A DNA stretch of 64,000 nt from Macrostomum hystrix (lineage: Eukaryota; Animalia; Platyhelminthes). Shown here piece by piece: positions 45,471 through 58,320 of the stretch. Below the pieces are notes generated by a model. That model was not told the origin of the DNA, ran no database searches, and saw only the letters and a program-made list of their open reading frames with translations. The translations under genes and the position numbers were made by a program. The stretch lies in contig CATNEN010000025.1 of NCBI GenBank assembly GCA_950097015.1, forward strand, positions 2,356,001 through 2,420,000, written 5' to 3'. Numbering within the stretch: the stretch's first letter is position 1; the number at the start of each line of letters is the position of its first letter.

Positions 45471-46212
45471 CTTGCTAACTGGTTGACCCACTTTTGGTGC
45501 ATAAATTTTATATGAATTTTAAAATAAATTACCATACAAAAAACGAGTAAGCGTGTGTTTAACCTCTAATTCTGATGGCTTAACCTCTTTTTATTGTTTG
45601 TAGAAAACTGAATGATTATAACTTTCTGAAGTACATTTTATTGATAATTGAACTTTTTGAATAGCTTGCACATACTTATTCGCTGACTGGCTAGCTGCTG
45701 GCGTCACTCTGAGTGAATGAGCTCATATGACTCTCCGGGCACTGTACATGATTTGTTGTTCTTTTCTTGCTCTTAAAGATCGTTGCCAAAATTAAAAAAA
45801 TCGGAAATTATTAGATTATGACCGCAAGAAATCAACAAAAAACGATTGAAGAACAGTTCTAGCCCCATGTCCAAGCACCATTTCTAACTGAATAAGTTTG
45901 CGTGAATTTATTCAACTTTGTGCTTTCCTGCAAGCAAGACTGCTTTTAAAAAGCCTTCTTATCTGAGCAGCAATTTACCTTATTGATACGAAGACTAGTT
46001 TACTACAGCTTTAAGTGACCATAAAATAAAGGGCCGTAATCTCCGTGACTCTATCGAATACTGGACCGCAAAAGCTGCTCAAGCCAGCCACCGAAGATTA
46101 GCCAGACAACTCATAGGCTGCGGACAAGGCACGGCAATAAAACCAGCAATTGCGAAGGTTATAAGGCATTCATGATTATACAGTGCGCGCTGCGTGTGTT
46201 ACAAATACGTAA

Positions 46213-46557
46213 ATGTCGCTCATTTTGGTGCTAGCACTGCTGTTACTGGCTGACGCGGCTGTTTCAGCAGTGCCGAGGCCAACGGAAACAGTCGCCTGCA
46301 GGGCGGAATACTCCGGCAAATCTGGTTCGCCAGCAATGATCGTTCAAAATCTTCTGATTCCGCGACAGATTCCAAGGGCTCCGCGCCGCTGCCAATGTCG
46401 GGCGGGCAGCTCGGTAGAATGTGAGCTCAATAACTTACCGCAAGTATACGCAATCATCGACTCAATAGAACCAAGCAACTCATACTGGCTAGTGAAGGCT
46501 GACGATGATCACAAGCTGTTTCACCTTGAAAATTGTGCAGCATATGCTAAATCCTAA
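46213..46557 (+). CDS. Small secreted Cys-containing protein of unknown function
   Basis: 114-aa ATG-initiated ORF in AT-rich surroundings with a clear hydrophobic signal peptide (MSLILVLALLLLADAAVSA) and five Cys. Confidence 0.65.
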   Translation: MSLILVLALLLLADAAVSAVPRPTETVACRAEYSGKSGSPAMIVQNLLIPRQIPRAPRRCQCRAGSSVECELNNLPQVYAIIDSIEPSNSYWLVKADDDHKLFHLENCAAYAKS

Positions 46558-48338
46558 TCACGACTAGCCGTTTGATTTTCCTCAGGCTTCAGATTTGAAT
46601 TCTTTGTATCTAAAGTGAAGGCCAGATTTTAGTATTAATTTTCATTCCGCTTGAAAGCATTACAGGCGGCTAAAGCCGAGTTTCCTTTTTTGCGTCGCTA
46701 CTCTTTTTAATATTTTTGCTTGTTGTTGATTTCTGTAAATTTTCTGTAACCAGGCTATCCCAACCGACTTCTAGTAGTTAGTTAAAGTATTGCACATTAC
46801 AAAATTGCAACAGACTATACTAAATTCGAAGGAGGCAAAACAATCGGTTTGTGGAAAAAGTAAAAAATAATACCTACTTTAAGCAAAATTCATCAATCAT
46901 ACGCCATACCTCTTTTTTCTTCATGCTTAAATCAGCCTTGAGAATATGTTATCATGAGTCGCGAGTCTTTCTTCCTACTACTACTACTTTTAGTAGTTCT
47001 TGACTACAATTGCTATCCTTGTAAAAGATCGAGATATAATTTTGCTTGGTAAGATAATTCACACATTTTTACTCACACAGAAGTAAATTAAGATATATTT
47101 ATTTTTTCTTTATTCACATATTAATTCAGCGCATAAGGTACGAATATAAATGTACTGAATGAAGATGTACACTCTAATATAGAATAAAAATTTGAGGCTT
47201 CGTCGGAGGCGCTAATAGTTGGCTAAATTTCTTATGAAAGAAAAATGCACTTGCTTTGGTAACTTCGTTCATTGGCAATGAAATGAAATCACTTCACTTT
47301 CAAAATACAATGAACACTTTTTAAAGATCGAACACCATTCTTTGTTTTAGAACGCAAACGATAGTATTGGAAGTAATATGTACGAATCGCATAAATTTTA
47401 AATACAAATCTGAATTAGAATAAGTTTTGAAAAATAGATTTATAAATATTATTCTAAACATTATCAAAATAAATTTCAAGCTCTAAAAACCGAATTGTTC
47501 ATTTCATCAGACTAAACAATAAACTTCATTTGTTTTACCGTTGAATACAAATTAAAAAGATTTCTAAGATTTTTTTAGTAAAAGGCTGAATAGATAGTTA
47601 CCGTCTTAACTACCCCGGTAAGTGTTTAATATCGGCACAAGACCTGTAAGTGACATATTATATCACCAATGCCATTAATAGGCTTGCAACTTTTTTCCCC
47701 GGAAAATGTGATACATATTTAGTGCTATTCATTGCTTTCAGACTTTGTTTAAACTTTGTTTTGTTTTGTTTTGTTTGTTTTGATGTTTTAGAGCCAATAG
47801 CCGACTAGCAGCTAGCCTTGGACTACCAAAAACATTTTATGTTAAAGGGTATTGCTATTTGATAAAAGTAGTAATGAAGATTTACTGTATAAAACAAATA
47901 TCTTAAACAGTTAATGCAATGATGTACAAAGTAGCCTACAACCACATTACATGTACAAAAAAACAAAAAACTTCCAAATATTGCTATATGCAACTAGGAT
48001 GATAATGAAAAAGGTAAAACAAAAATAAACATTGAATAAATGCATAGAGCTTTAGCACTGATACAAAGGTTCAGGCATTAATAATCTAAGCTTTGCAGCT
48101 GATGCTACTTACTGTACTGCAGCAGTAAGTTGATATTTTAGCAAGCTATTAGAAATTGAGATTTAATCCAAAATGAGATTTTGCTATGAGATTTGAAAAT
48201 TGTATACATTGTCATTACATTATAAACTATTGTGAAATGTGGCCTTATTTCTTAAAATATGAATGGTACATAAATCCCAGTTTTTTTCCATCTATTTTGA
48301 TATTTGACATTCATTATTATTTATTAATGAATCTATAG

Positions 48339-48587
48339 CATACATGCGCAACACCTGGCTGACCTGGCCAAACTGGCCAGGTGAAACAAGGGCCAAGCAA
48401 GGTAAGTCGCGAAAACCAATCAACCAAGTGCAAAAAAATCAAAGGGGGGACTAAGGGACAAAAATGAAGGTGTGAAGATTAGGAAAAAGGGGAGAGATAA
48501 AGAGACCAAATGAGAGCAAACTAAGTCGTAAATAGAGCAAAAACTAAGTTGCACGGCCGCTAAGATTTGGGAGGTTGCACATGTATG
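48339..48587. mobile_element. Non-autonomous DNA transposon (MITE), hAT-like, copy 2
   Basis: Same TIRs as 4806-5046, with an 8-bp TSD ATCTATAG on both sides (48331-48338, 48588-48595). Confidence 0.85.
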
Positions 48588-50694
48588 ATCTATAGTTAGG
48601 AAGGTGGCCTCTGAGGGGGAAAATTCCCATGCACACAAAGGGTCTTGGCGCACATTAGTGCATAAGCACAGCACATACAAAGGGTCTCGGCGCACATCAT
48701 ATACCCTTACCCTTAGGGTTAACATAGGGTGCTTTTCTATGTAGGGTCAGGGTTAGGGGACAGAAACAGCACATAGATGGGGCACAGATTGTCCCTCCAA
48801 AATTTATTCCAGCGCATGCTATGCCACCTTCCTGACTATGGTATTGAATTAGAATTAAGTTTGTTGAATTGTTGTAGTTATATGCATATTTAATTACAAT
48901 ACAATACTAGTAGACACAGATATACTCAATAATTTGCAGAATACATTTGAGTCTTCTGCTTAATCATATTATCCTTAAACTGATGTTATCAAATTAATAA
49001 CAAGTTGATATATGAGTATAATAATATGCAAGCTTGTATGTCAGAATTTATAGTGATATTAATTAAATTATTTAAAACTGTTCCACCTATTATAAGATTA
49101 TTAAAAATATATATTTCAAAGTTGCCTTGCTCAAACATCATTTTTAAACATTCTAAAATATTGTCTTTATTTTTTTCTTAAAAAACTTATTTGATTATAT
49201 TTGTTTAGACAATTGTAGATATAGAAAACCCAAGTGAAGAATTGGATAGGTTAATAATTATTAGAGATAATGAATATTTTTTCTATTGCTTACAAACCTT
49301 GAGCAACCTAATCCATCCTAGACAATGCATGTCTCTGACCTAAAAATTTGTAAATTGATGTTAATATTCCTTTACTTGTTTTATCAACTGCCCTAATAGA
49401 GTAAAAAAGCTGCGGACACTCTAGCTAGGTGCGCAGGGGCGCAGTTGGTTTCAAGACAAAGAGTGCAAATGCCCAATTGCTATATATCTTCTGTCTGACT
49501 CAATGTAATGATTGATTTTGCAAAAAAATGTCGAAAGACCTTTTGTTTTATCTATGTAGTGTATTTCTAAAAATAGAACAGCTAAGGTTGTCTTTTCGCA
49601 CTCAGGCACTATGGAGCATGTAGTTGTGTTTGCGAATAAATGTGCGCCCCTTCATCACAAAATTTCTGTAACTGTGCCTGGCTAGAATTGCACCTACATG
49701 TACATGTAAGTTTATTTTAATATGTAAATGTATACCTCAGTGAACAATAGCATGGATGTATGGCATGGGTGCACACTGCTATACCATGTGCACCTACATG
49801 TACATTTAAATGTATTTTATAATGTGTCGTAATGTACATATATTTAAACACACAAGGTGCGAGTACAGAGGCACTGGCATTCACTACTAGCATCGCATCT
49901 ACATGTACTTGTACATGTAAATGTATTACAAAATATAAATTTATAAAGAACACAAGACATTAGTGTAGGGGCACAAGGGTGCGCTGTTTCTTATATATCT
50001 ACATACTTCAACAACTTTATGCACACAAGGCGTGGCCGCACGGACAGAAATTTCTTTCTGCGCAGCCGCGCAGGCAATTTTTCACAAGCGCACTGGATGC
50101 TGTCTGTGAAAACCCCTATTGTCTCCAATAGGGATCAACTGTAGCTATTGAAAAATGTTAATATTAGCCTTATGACCATTTTGGTCCTGCATCCTATAGA
50201 TACAAGTAATTTGGTACATTAATATTCTTATTCTATGGATGTACAGTATTTGTCTATAGCTATATTAATTTACTTATATTTAGCAAATTTGAAAATCACA
50301 TAATCAAGTGACCAATATTATTTAGCTAAAATGAAAACATTTTTAGGTAACGTTTTTTAAACAAACTCTAGGCCCCTAAATTCCTAACATAAAAATATAG
50401 TTGATGGTTAACTACTTTTTATTACTTTGCTATATAATTATATCATTTTTTCTTGAAAAAAAATCTTCTTTTTGTTTTTTTGTTTCAAAAGGCTAGTTTT
50501 TGTAAATTTGTATGTATCTACAAAATTTAGTTTGTCAAGCTCCTAGCAGCTAGGGAAACTTAGATATGAGATAGTCATGAGTATCCACTCAATTGCTAGA
50601 ATGCTATTGTAGAGCCTGATATTTAACTCTCAACACATAATTCCAGTCGATTCGACCAGAATTAAGTGCTAATCGTCTGCGTCGGTTGCTACAG

Positions 50695-52604
50695 CCGACA
50701 GCTTCTGCAACAGCAGCAGCAGCAGCAGCAGCAGATGCGGGATTAAGTAAGCCACGATTGGGCCAGAAGCGCAAGGCCAGCAGTGAAGGCCAGAAGCGCC
50801 AAGAGGTGAAATCTGCCTTTGCGGAGTCAGGTACAGCTGATGAAGCTGTGATAAAGCAGAAGCGTCACAGACGGAAGCTGTCCAAAAAGCGATTGGAATC
50901 TTCTTCAGTTCGAGGCGGCGCCAGTAGTATAGACAATACCAGTAATCAGTCTAGTAAAGATCAAAAGCGACAGAGAAAAGTCCCAGCGAAGATCATTGCG
51001 GGTGACCCGGGCCTCCTGGCGTCTAAATTTCGCTACCTAAACGAGCAGCTGTACACTTTGAGCAGTGCGGATGCGTACGCCATGTTCAAAGCCGATCCAG
51101 GCGCTTTTGAGGTTCTTTTAATTCTCTATTTAAAGCTGCAGCCCAGAACCTTTTCCAGAATCTAATCTACCTGTTCTATCATCTAATCTACCTGTTCTAT
51201 CTTCTCATCTACCTGTTCTATCATCTAATCTACCTGTTCTATCATCTAATCTACCTGTTCTATAATCTAATCTACCTGTTCTATCTTCTCATCTACCTGT
51301 TCTATCATCTAATCTACCTGTTCTATCTTCTCATCTACCTGTTCTATCATCTAATCTACCTGTTCTATCTTCTCATCTACCTGTTCTATCATCTAATCTA
51401 CCTGTTCTATCATCTGATCTACCTGTTCTATCTTCTCATCTACCTGTTCTATCATCTAATCTACCTGTTCTATCATCTAATCCATATGTTCTATCATCTA
51501 ATCTACCTGTTCTATCATCTAATCTACCTGTTCTATCATCTAATCTACCTGTTCCGTCATCTAATCTCCTTTTTCTACCATCTAATCTACCTGTTCTATC
51601 ATCTAGTCCACCTGTTCTATCATCTAATCTACCTGTTCTATCATCTAATCTACCCTTTATACGAGTATAATATCATCTACGTGTTCTATTAACAGCTCTA
51701 ATCCACCTGTTGTCTAATTTACCATTTACCTGTTCTCTAATCTACCAGTTTTTTAATCTACCTTTTCTCTCATACTCATGTTCTCTAATCCACCTGTTCT
51801 CTAATCCACCTGTTCTTTAATCCACCTGTTCTCTAATTCACCTGTTCTTTAATCTACCTGTTTTCTAATCCACCTGTTCTCTAATCCACCTGTTCTCTAA
51901 TCCACCTGTTCTCTAATTCACCTGTTCTCTAATCTACCTGTTTTTTAATCTACCTGTTCTCTGATACTCATGTTCTCGAATCTAGATGTTCTTTAATCTA
52001 ATCTACTTGTTATTGTTATTTAGCAGATAACTAGAATTTTTTTGCTCTAAAATCTGTTCACCAGGCCTACCACGCGGGCTATTCGGCCCAGCGTCAGCGC
52101 TGGACGGAAGACCCAATCGACTGGGTCGCCAAGCAGTGCCGTCTTCGCCTACCGGCCGGCTCAGTGCTGGTCGATTTCGGCTGCGGAGACGCTCGACTGG
52201 CCAGCAGGCTGGAGGGCCAGTGCTCCAAGGTGCACAGTCTGGACCTGGTGGCTCTGAACGATCGCGTCACCGCCTGCGACATGGCCCACTGTCCGCTTGG
52301 CAACGCCGTTGCTAACGGCGCCGTGTTCTGCCTGTCCCTAATGAACGCCAACCTATCCGACTTCTTGATTGAAGCCTCTCGCGTCCTGCGCCTGAAGGGC
52401 CTGCTGTGCATAGTAGAGGCGCGCAGTAGGATTGAACGAACCCAACGCTTTGTTAATCTAGTTGAACGGTTCGGTTATCAATGCGAGCGCAGGCGCGAGG
52501 ACAATTATCTGGTGTACCTGCTGTTCGTTAAGAATCGAAAGCGTCTGCCAAACGAGCCTGCGCCGGAGATTCGCCTGAAGCCCTGCCTTTATAAGAAGCG
52601 CTAA
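50695..52604 (+). CDS. RRP8: RRP8/nucleomethylin, SAM-dependent rRNA methyltransferase; start codon not located
   Basis: Exons 50695-51111 and 52065-52604. Motifs: SKFRYLNEQLYT, FKADPGAFEAYHAGY, VDFGCGDARL, CDMAH.PL, AVFCLSLM, EASRVL, LKPCLYKKR. Confidence 0.93.
51160..52000. repeat. Minisatellite, 21-22 bp unit (ctaatctacctgttctatcat), filling the RRP8 intron
   Basis: Tandem copies, degenerating towards the 3' end. Confidence 0.92.
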
Positions 52605-53257
52605 AAATTGTCGTTTTCTATTTTTGTGTCAGTTTAAAGTTTTGGGTATCATTATTATTGTTCAGTGTGCCATTGTGGTGTAAGTAACTCCGTCTGTGTG
52701 TATAACGAGTAATTTTATCATGGCATTTTTAGCACTCTTTGCTGCTCTAAAATAATCGAGCTAATAAATGTAAAGTGTCTGACAGCATTTCTGGAGTTGA
52801 AGTTTGCCTTTGGGTTGATTGTTGTCTAACTTTTTTGTTGGTAATAATTAAGATATAGATAGCTAAACAAATAGAAATGAGATCTAACCTAATAATAATA
52901 ATAATTAGGGCTGCGGTCAATAACACATAATTTGGTGACACTAGACCGCTTGCGAGGAGGCAGTTTCCCCCATTTCGCTGACTCCTGATCACACAGCCAC
53001 ACACGCACACATACTGTACGCAGGCGCATACTGTCCAAGCCTTCTCTTCCACGGCTACACCCCAAATGAAGGCAAACGCGTTAGACCGCTCATTCCCCTG
53101 ACACCTAACCTAGGTATGCAGCGGTTCAGTCCATGGACTGTGAAGCTGTAACCAAGCTACATGTAATACTAGAACCCATTCTGGTTGAACTGAACTCAGA
53201 GACAATGTCGACAATAAGTCTAAAAAATATCGGGATTAAACAGTTGCAGCTGACCAG

Positions 53258-54588
53258 ATGTCCTTAATCAATCACGCCTATCACGACGATCGCGTTGATC
53301 AAGACGGTGTCGGTGTCGGCGGGCTGCTGTTCGCGGCTGTGGCCCGCGGCACCACAATCTTGGCCAAGCAGGCCATGGCAGCTGGCAATTTTGTTGAAGT
53401 GACAGAGCAAGTGCTGGCCCGCATCACGCCGGAGAATGCCAAGATGAGCCTGTCGCAAGGATCCTACATGTTGCACTACGCATCGGAGGACCGTCTGGTG
53501 TACTTTTGCGTAACGCCGGACTCTTTTGAAAGATCGCGCGCTTTCCTATTTCTGGCTGATGTTAAGCAGAGATTTGTGCAACGCTACGGTAGGCGAGCGC
53601 TGACCGCTCTACCGTACGCAATGAATTCTGAGTTTGCCCACACCCTAGCCCAGCTAATGACGAGGTACTCGTCATTGGGTGCTACTGCTGCTACTGATCC
53701 CGTCAGTGTTGGCATCGGCGCCGCGGAAGCCTACAGCCAGCGTCAACAGTCGACGGAGCGCACGGAACAGATGGATCGGGTCAGACAGCAGGTCAACGAA
53801 CTGCAGGGCATCATGGTCAGAAATGTCGGTGAGTGCTTGATGATTTCATTATTGATTGCTCTTCATATGCCTGCGAACTTTAGGCTAGTTCATTTCCGAA
53901 TCCACCTTGCACTTCAGGCTAGTTCATTTCCTATAAACTTCAGGCTAGTTCATTTCCTATAAACTTCAGGCTAGTTCATTTCCAAATCCCCCCGCACTTC
54001 AGGCTAGTTCATTTCCAAATCCCCCCGCACTTCAGGCTAGTTCATTTCCGAATCCACCTTGCACTTCAGGCTAGTTCATTTCCGAATCCACCTTTCACTT
54101 CAGGCTAGTTCATTTCCTATAAACTTCAGGCTAGTTCATTTCCTATAAACTTCAGGCTAGTTCATTTCCTATAAACTTCAGGCTAGTTCATTTCCTATAA
54201 ACTTCAGGCTAGTTCATTTCCAAATCCCCCCGCACTTCAGGCTAGTTCATTTCCAAATCCACCTTGCACTTCAGGCTAGTTCATTTCCTATAAACTTCAG
54301 GCTACTTCGTTTCCGAATCCCCTGAACTTTAGGCCATTTCATTTCCGAATCACTGCAGACTCGCTGATCACCCGAGGCGAGCGTATCGAGCTGCTAGTGG
54401 ACAAGGCGGACGAGTTAGCCGGCAGTTCGATTCAGTTCAGCAGCGCCAGCCGTCGGGTGGCTCGGCGATATTGGTGGCGGAATGCCAAGGTCACTGTGGC
54501 GCTGGTTGTGGCCGCAATTCTGGTCCTGTACTTTATTGTGTCAGCTGCCTGCGGCGGCCTCGACTGGCCCTGCACCAGGAAGAAGTAG
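53258..54588 (+). CDS. VAMP7: VAMP7/TI-VAMP, longin R-SNARE
   Basis: Exons 53258-53828 and 54359-54588: longin domain (LLFAAVARGTTILAK..RAFLFL..ALPYAMNSEF), SNARE motif (VNELQGIMVRNVDSLITRGERIELLVDK) and a C-terminal TM helix. Confidence 0.95.
53875..54345. repeat. Minisatellite, 26-34 bp units (cttcaggctagttcatttcc...), filling the VAMP7 intron
   Basis: Tandem copies with a variable tail. Confidence 0.92.
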
Positions 54589-55299
54589 ATGATTCTCACT
54601 CCACATTGTTTATTTGTGCGTGACATTGTTTGTGAATTCCATTCTCGCAGTGTGTGACGATGTTCTCATATTGCCGCAGGTTTTCAATACGTTGATATGT
54701 ACTGAGATAATCGATCAAAACTCAATAGTTTAGATGGCATATTGATTACCATATACATAACAAGTTTACATAAGAAATCATATTTGCCGCCAGAACATAG
54801 CGGCATTCTGTCTTTCCATTATTTGGCAATGCTCGTATTTATTTGTATAATTATACCTATTAATAAATTATTGACTAAGTACTGCATGCACATTTTATTT
54901 TTACACCGAAGCTATCTATTGGGCATTAGCATTGTTTCTTGTTCACTGTCAGAATTTAGCATGTCCAAAGTTATCTATAACTTTTTTTTATGAGCTAAGT
55001 TTTCGCTACTCAAGTTTGTTAATTCTTAAGTTTCCTCATGTCTGGGGTGGGTGTAGTACATTTTTTCGCTTGAGTCTGATGGTTTGTACTTTTGTTGTCA
55101 TCCTGGTGTATTATTTAATAACCCGTTTTTAGTAAGGCACGGTAATACAGTGTGTTTAAGTATTTACTTGTACTCGTATTTAAATTATCAGCTCTTTTTA
55201 ATGTAAAGTTGTCTATAAATTATATTCTTTTCATAAGCAACAGAATTTCCCTCACTTTTGATATCGATCTGCTATTTTCGTCTTGATGTGTTCTGAGAG

Positions 55300-56845
55300 T
55301 TCAGGTGGCCAACTGAAGGAATAGGGGGGTTCAATCAGCCAACTGAAGGGTTTGGAAGAGGGTGCAGGCAGCCAACTGAAGGGTTGGAAGAGGGTGCAGG
55401 CAGCCAACTGAAGGGTTGGAAGAGGGTGCAGGCAGCCAACTGAAGGGTTGGAAGAGGGTTCAGCCAGCCAACTGAAGGGTTGGAAGAGGGTTCAGGCAGC
55501 CAACTGAAGGGTTGGAAGAGGGTGCAGGCAGCCAACTGAAGGGTTAGAAGAGGGTTCAGGCAGCCAACTGAAGGGTTGGAAGAGGGTGCAGGCAGCCAAC
55601 TGAAGGGTTGGAAGAGGGTTCAGGCAGCCAACTAAAGGGTTGGAAGAGGGTTCAGCCAGCCAACTGAAGGGTTGGAAGAGGGTTCAGCCAGCCAACTGAA
55701 GGGTTGGAAGAGGGTTCAGCCAGCCAACTGAAGGGTTGGAAGAGGGTTCAGGCAGCCAACTGAAGGGTTGGAAGAGGGTTCAGCCAGCCAACTGAAGGGT
55801 TGGAAGAGGGTTCAGCCAGCCAACTGAAGGGTTGGAAGAGGGTGCAGGCAGCCAACTGAAGGGTTGGAAGAGGGTTCAGGCAGCCAACTGAAGGGTTTGG
55901 AAGAGGGTTCAGCCAGCCAACTGAAGGTTTTGGAAGAGGGTTCAGGCAGCCAAGAGCCAACTGAAGGGTTAGAAGAGGGTTCAGGCAGCCAACTGAAGGG
56001 TTGGAAGAGGGTGCAGGCAGCCAACTGAAGGGTTGGAAGAGGGTGCAGGCAGCCAACTGAAGGGTTGGAAGAGGGTGCAGGCAGCCAACTGAAGGGTTGG
56101 AAGAGGGTGCAGGCAGCCAACTGAAGGGTTGGAAGAGGGTTCAGCCAGCCAACTGAAGGGTTGGAAGAGGGTGCAGGCAGCCAACTGAAGGGTTGGAAGA
56201 GGGTTCAGGCAGCCAACTGAAGGGTTTGGAAGAGGGTTCAGCCAGCCAACTGAAGGTTTTGGAAGAGGGTTCAGGCAGCCAACTGAAGGGTTAGAAGAGG
56301 GTTCAGGCAGCCAACTGAAGGGTTGGAAGAGGGTGCAGGCAGCCAACTGAAGGGTTGGAAAAGGGTTCAGGCAGCCAACTGAAGGGTTGGAAGAGGGTTC
56401 AGGCAGCCAACTGAAGGGTTGGAAGAGGGTTCAGGCAGCCAACTGAAGGGTTGGAAGAGGGTGCAGGCAGCCAACTGAAGGGTTGGAAGAGGGTGCAGGC
56501 AGCCAACTGAAGGGTTTGGAAGAGGGTTCAGCCAGCCAACTGAAGGTTTTGGAAGAGGGTTCAGGCAGCCAACTGAAGGGTTCGAAGAGGGTGCAGGCAG
56601 CCAACTGAAGGGTTTGGAAGAGGGTTCAGCCAGCCAACTGAAGGGTTGGAAGAGGGTGCAGGCAGCCAACTGAAGGGTTGGCAGAGGGTTCAGGCAGCCA
56701 ACTGAAGGTTTTGGAAGAGGGTTCAGGCAGCCAACTGAAGGGTTGGAAGAGGGTGCAGGCAGCCAACTGAAGGGTTGGAAGAGGGTTCAGCCAGCCAACT
56801 GAAGGGTTGGAAGAGGGTTCAGCCAGCCAACTGAAGGGTTGAAAG
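55300..56845. repeat. Minisatellite, 32-33 bp unit (cagccaactgaagggttggaagagggttcagg)
   Basis: About 47 copies. Confidence 0.95.
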
Positions 56846-57460
56846 AGGGGTGCCGATGCTTTTTTGCATTATTTGTTTCTAAGAAAAACGCATGTGATTG
56901 TACAGTTTTTCCGCATAATGTTTTGATATGTTTTATTTTCATATCACAGTGGATCCAGCTGATTGGCTCTGTTAATTAATACTTCAGCCAATTGCACTGA
57001 AATAATTTTTTGCCTCTGATTTGTTATTTGTAATTTTCCTACATAAATTTGAAACCTATCTGAAGAGTTTATTTTTTTCGAATTTTATAACTATATATAA
57101 CTATTATTGCTAGTGCTATTGTGTGGTCTCCCAGTCCATGGACTGAGAAGCTGTACACAGCCTCAGAAGTGTCATTAGTATTCTTATTCTATTATCTTTA
57201 TTATCTAAAAGAGAACCATTTATTAAAATATTTAGAAATTCATTCGCAAGAATTAAAAAAGTCATCATTGCAATTGTAGTGCGAGCAGACAGACAGTTAA
57301 TTTTACAGGATTATAATAAAGCTAGATTATTTGCTTTGGTGGTTAAAAGTCCCTCATTTTTTTAGTAATAAGATGGCGATGATAATAAAGGCATAGTTAC
57401 TCGCGATGTTTACCCAGTCTAAATGATCTGTTAGATTGCTCCTGTACAGAAAGATTAGCG

Positions 57461-57770
57461 CTAGATGTGACAGTCGCCGGCCAGTTCTGCAGCGATCAGC
57501 GGCTGGCCGGACTGACTGGCTGGGATTCGGCCGCGGTTGCAGCCGACTCGTACGCTGAAGACCCGGCTGCAGTCGTCCGTCTGAAAGCAGAGCTCAGTGA
57601 CTCCGTCGTCGGCCGCAGTCGCCGATCCAGACGTCGCCGGGACTGTTTCTTCGACTTCGACGACTCGGTCGAGATGCGACGCGGCGACGACAGCGTTGGC
57701 TGATCGGCTTGGTCGACTACGAACTGCCGAAGGCAGCAGGCGGCGAAGCCAGCCAATGAAAGTACCTGCA
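57461..57770. CDS. GC-rich probable coding exon of an unidentified gene; strand and frame unresolved
   Basis: A GC island of about 300 nt, open in two minus frames (57461-, 57496-) and one plus frame (57467-57703). A minus-strand acceptor aattgcag ends at 57766. No family recognised. Confidence 0.4.
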
Positions 57771-57789
57771 ATTCGTATGGGCACACCAT

Positions 57790-58050
57790 TCTGTCATCCT
57801 GAAACCCAGATCCTCAGGCTGTACCATCCTGAACCCCAGACCCTCAGACTGTTCCATCCTGAACCCCAGACTCTCAGGCTGTACCATTCTGAACCCCAGA
57901 CTCTCAGGCTGTTCCATCCTGAACCCTAGACCCTCAGACTGTACCATCCTGAACCCCAGACTCTCAGGCTGTACCATTCTGAACCCCAGATCCTCAGGCT
58001 GTTCCATCCTGAACCCCAGACCCTCAGGCTGTTCCATTTTGAACCCCAGA
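57790..58050. repeat. Minisatellite, 30 bp unit (catcctgaaccccagactctcaggctgtac)
   Basis: About 8 copies. Confidence 0.9.
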
Positions 58051-58306
58051 TAATTAATTTAAGGATGTGGGTTTCAACTGACTTAAAATATATACTTTAG
58101 AAAAGAAGTGTACACTCTCTTAAACATCTGCATTGCCCTACTATAGTTAGTAGCATGATGAGTATCAGTAGCGATAAGTTTCTTTGACGAAAATTGAACA
58201 ATTAGCGACATTAGTTTCTGTATCAAGTTAAAATATCGGGATTTTCAATGCAAAAATCGTGTTTGCTTGTATTATATCGCCTACTGCGCGCTTTTTTATA
58301 GCTTTA

Positions 58307-58320
58307 GTTGCCATGGTAAC
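58307..58320. promoter_or_regulatory. RFX X-box (GTTGCCATGGTAAC)
   Basis: Matches the X-box consensus GTYNCY-AT-RGNAAC. It sits beside a CpG-rich patch, with TATAAAA directly downstream on the minus strand (58300-58294). Confidence 0.65.

Noticed and set aside
48700-48760. TTAGGG/CCCTTA telomere-like motifs
   Set aside because: Only a few scattered imperfect units; not an interstitial telomere array and insufficient to call an element.
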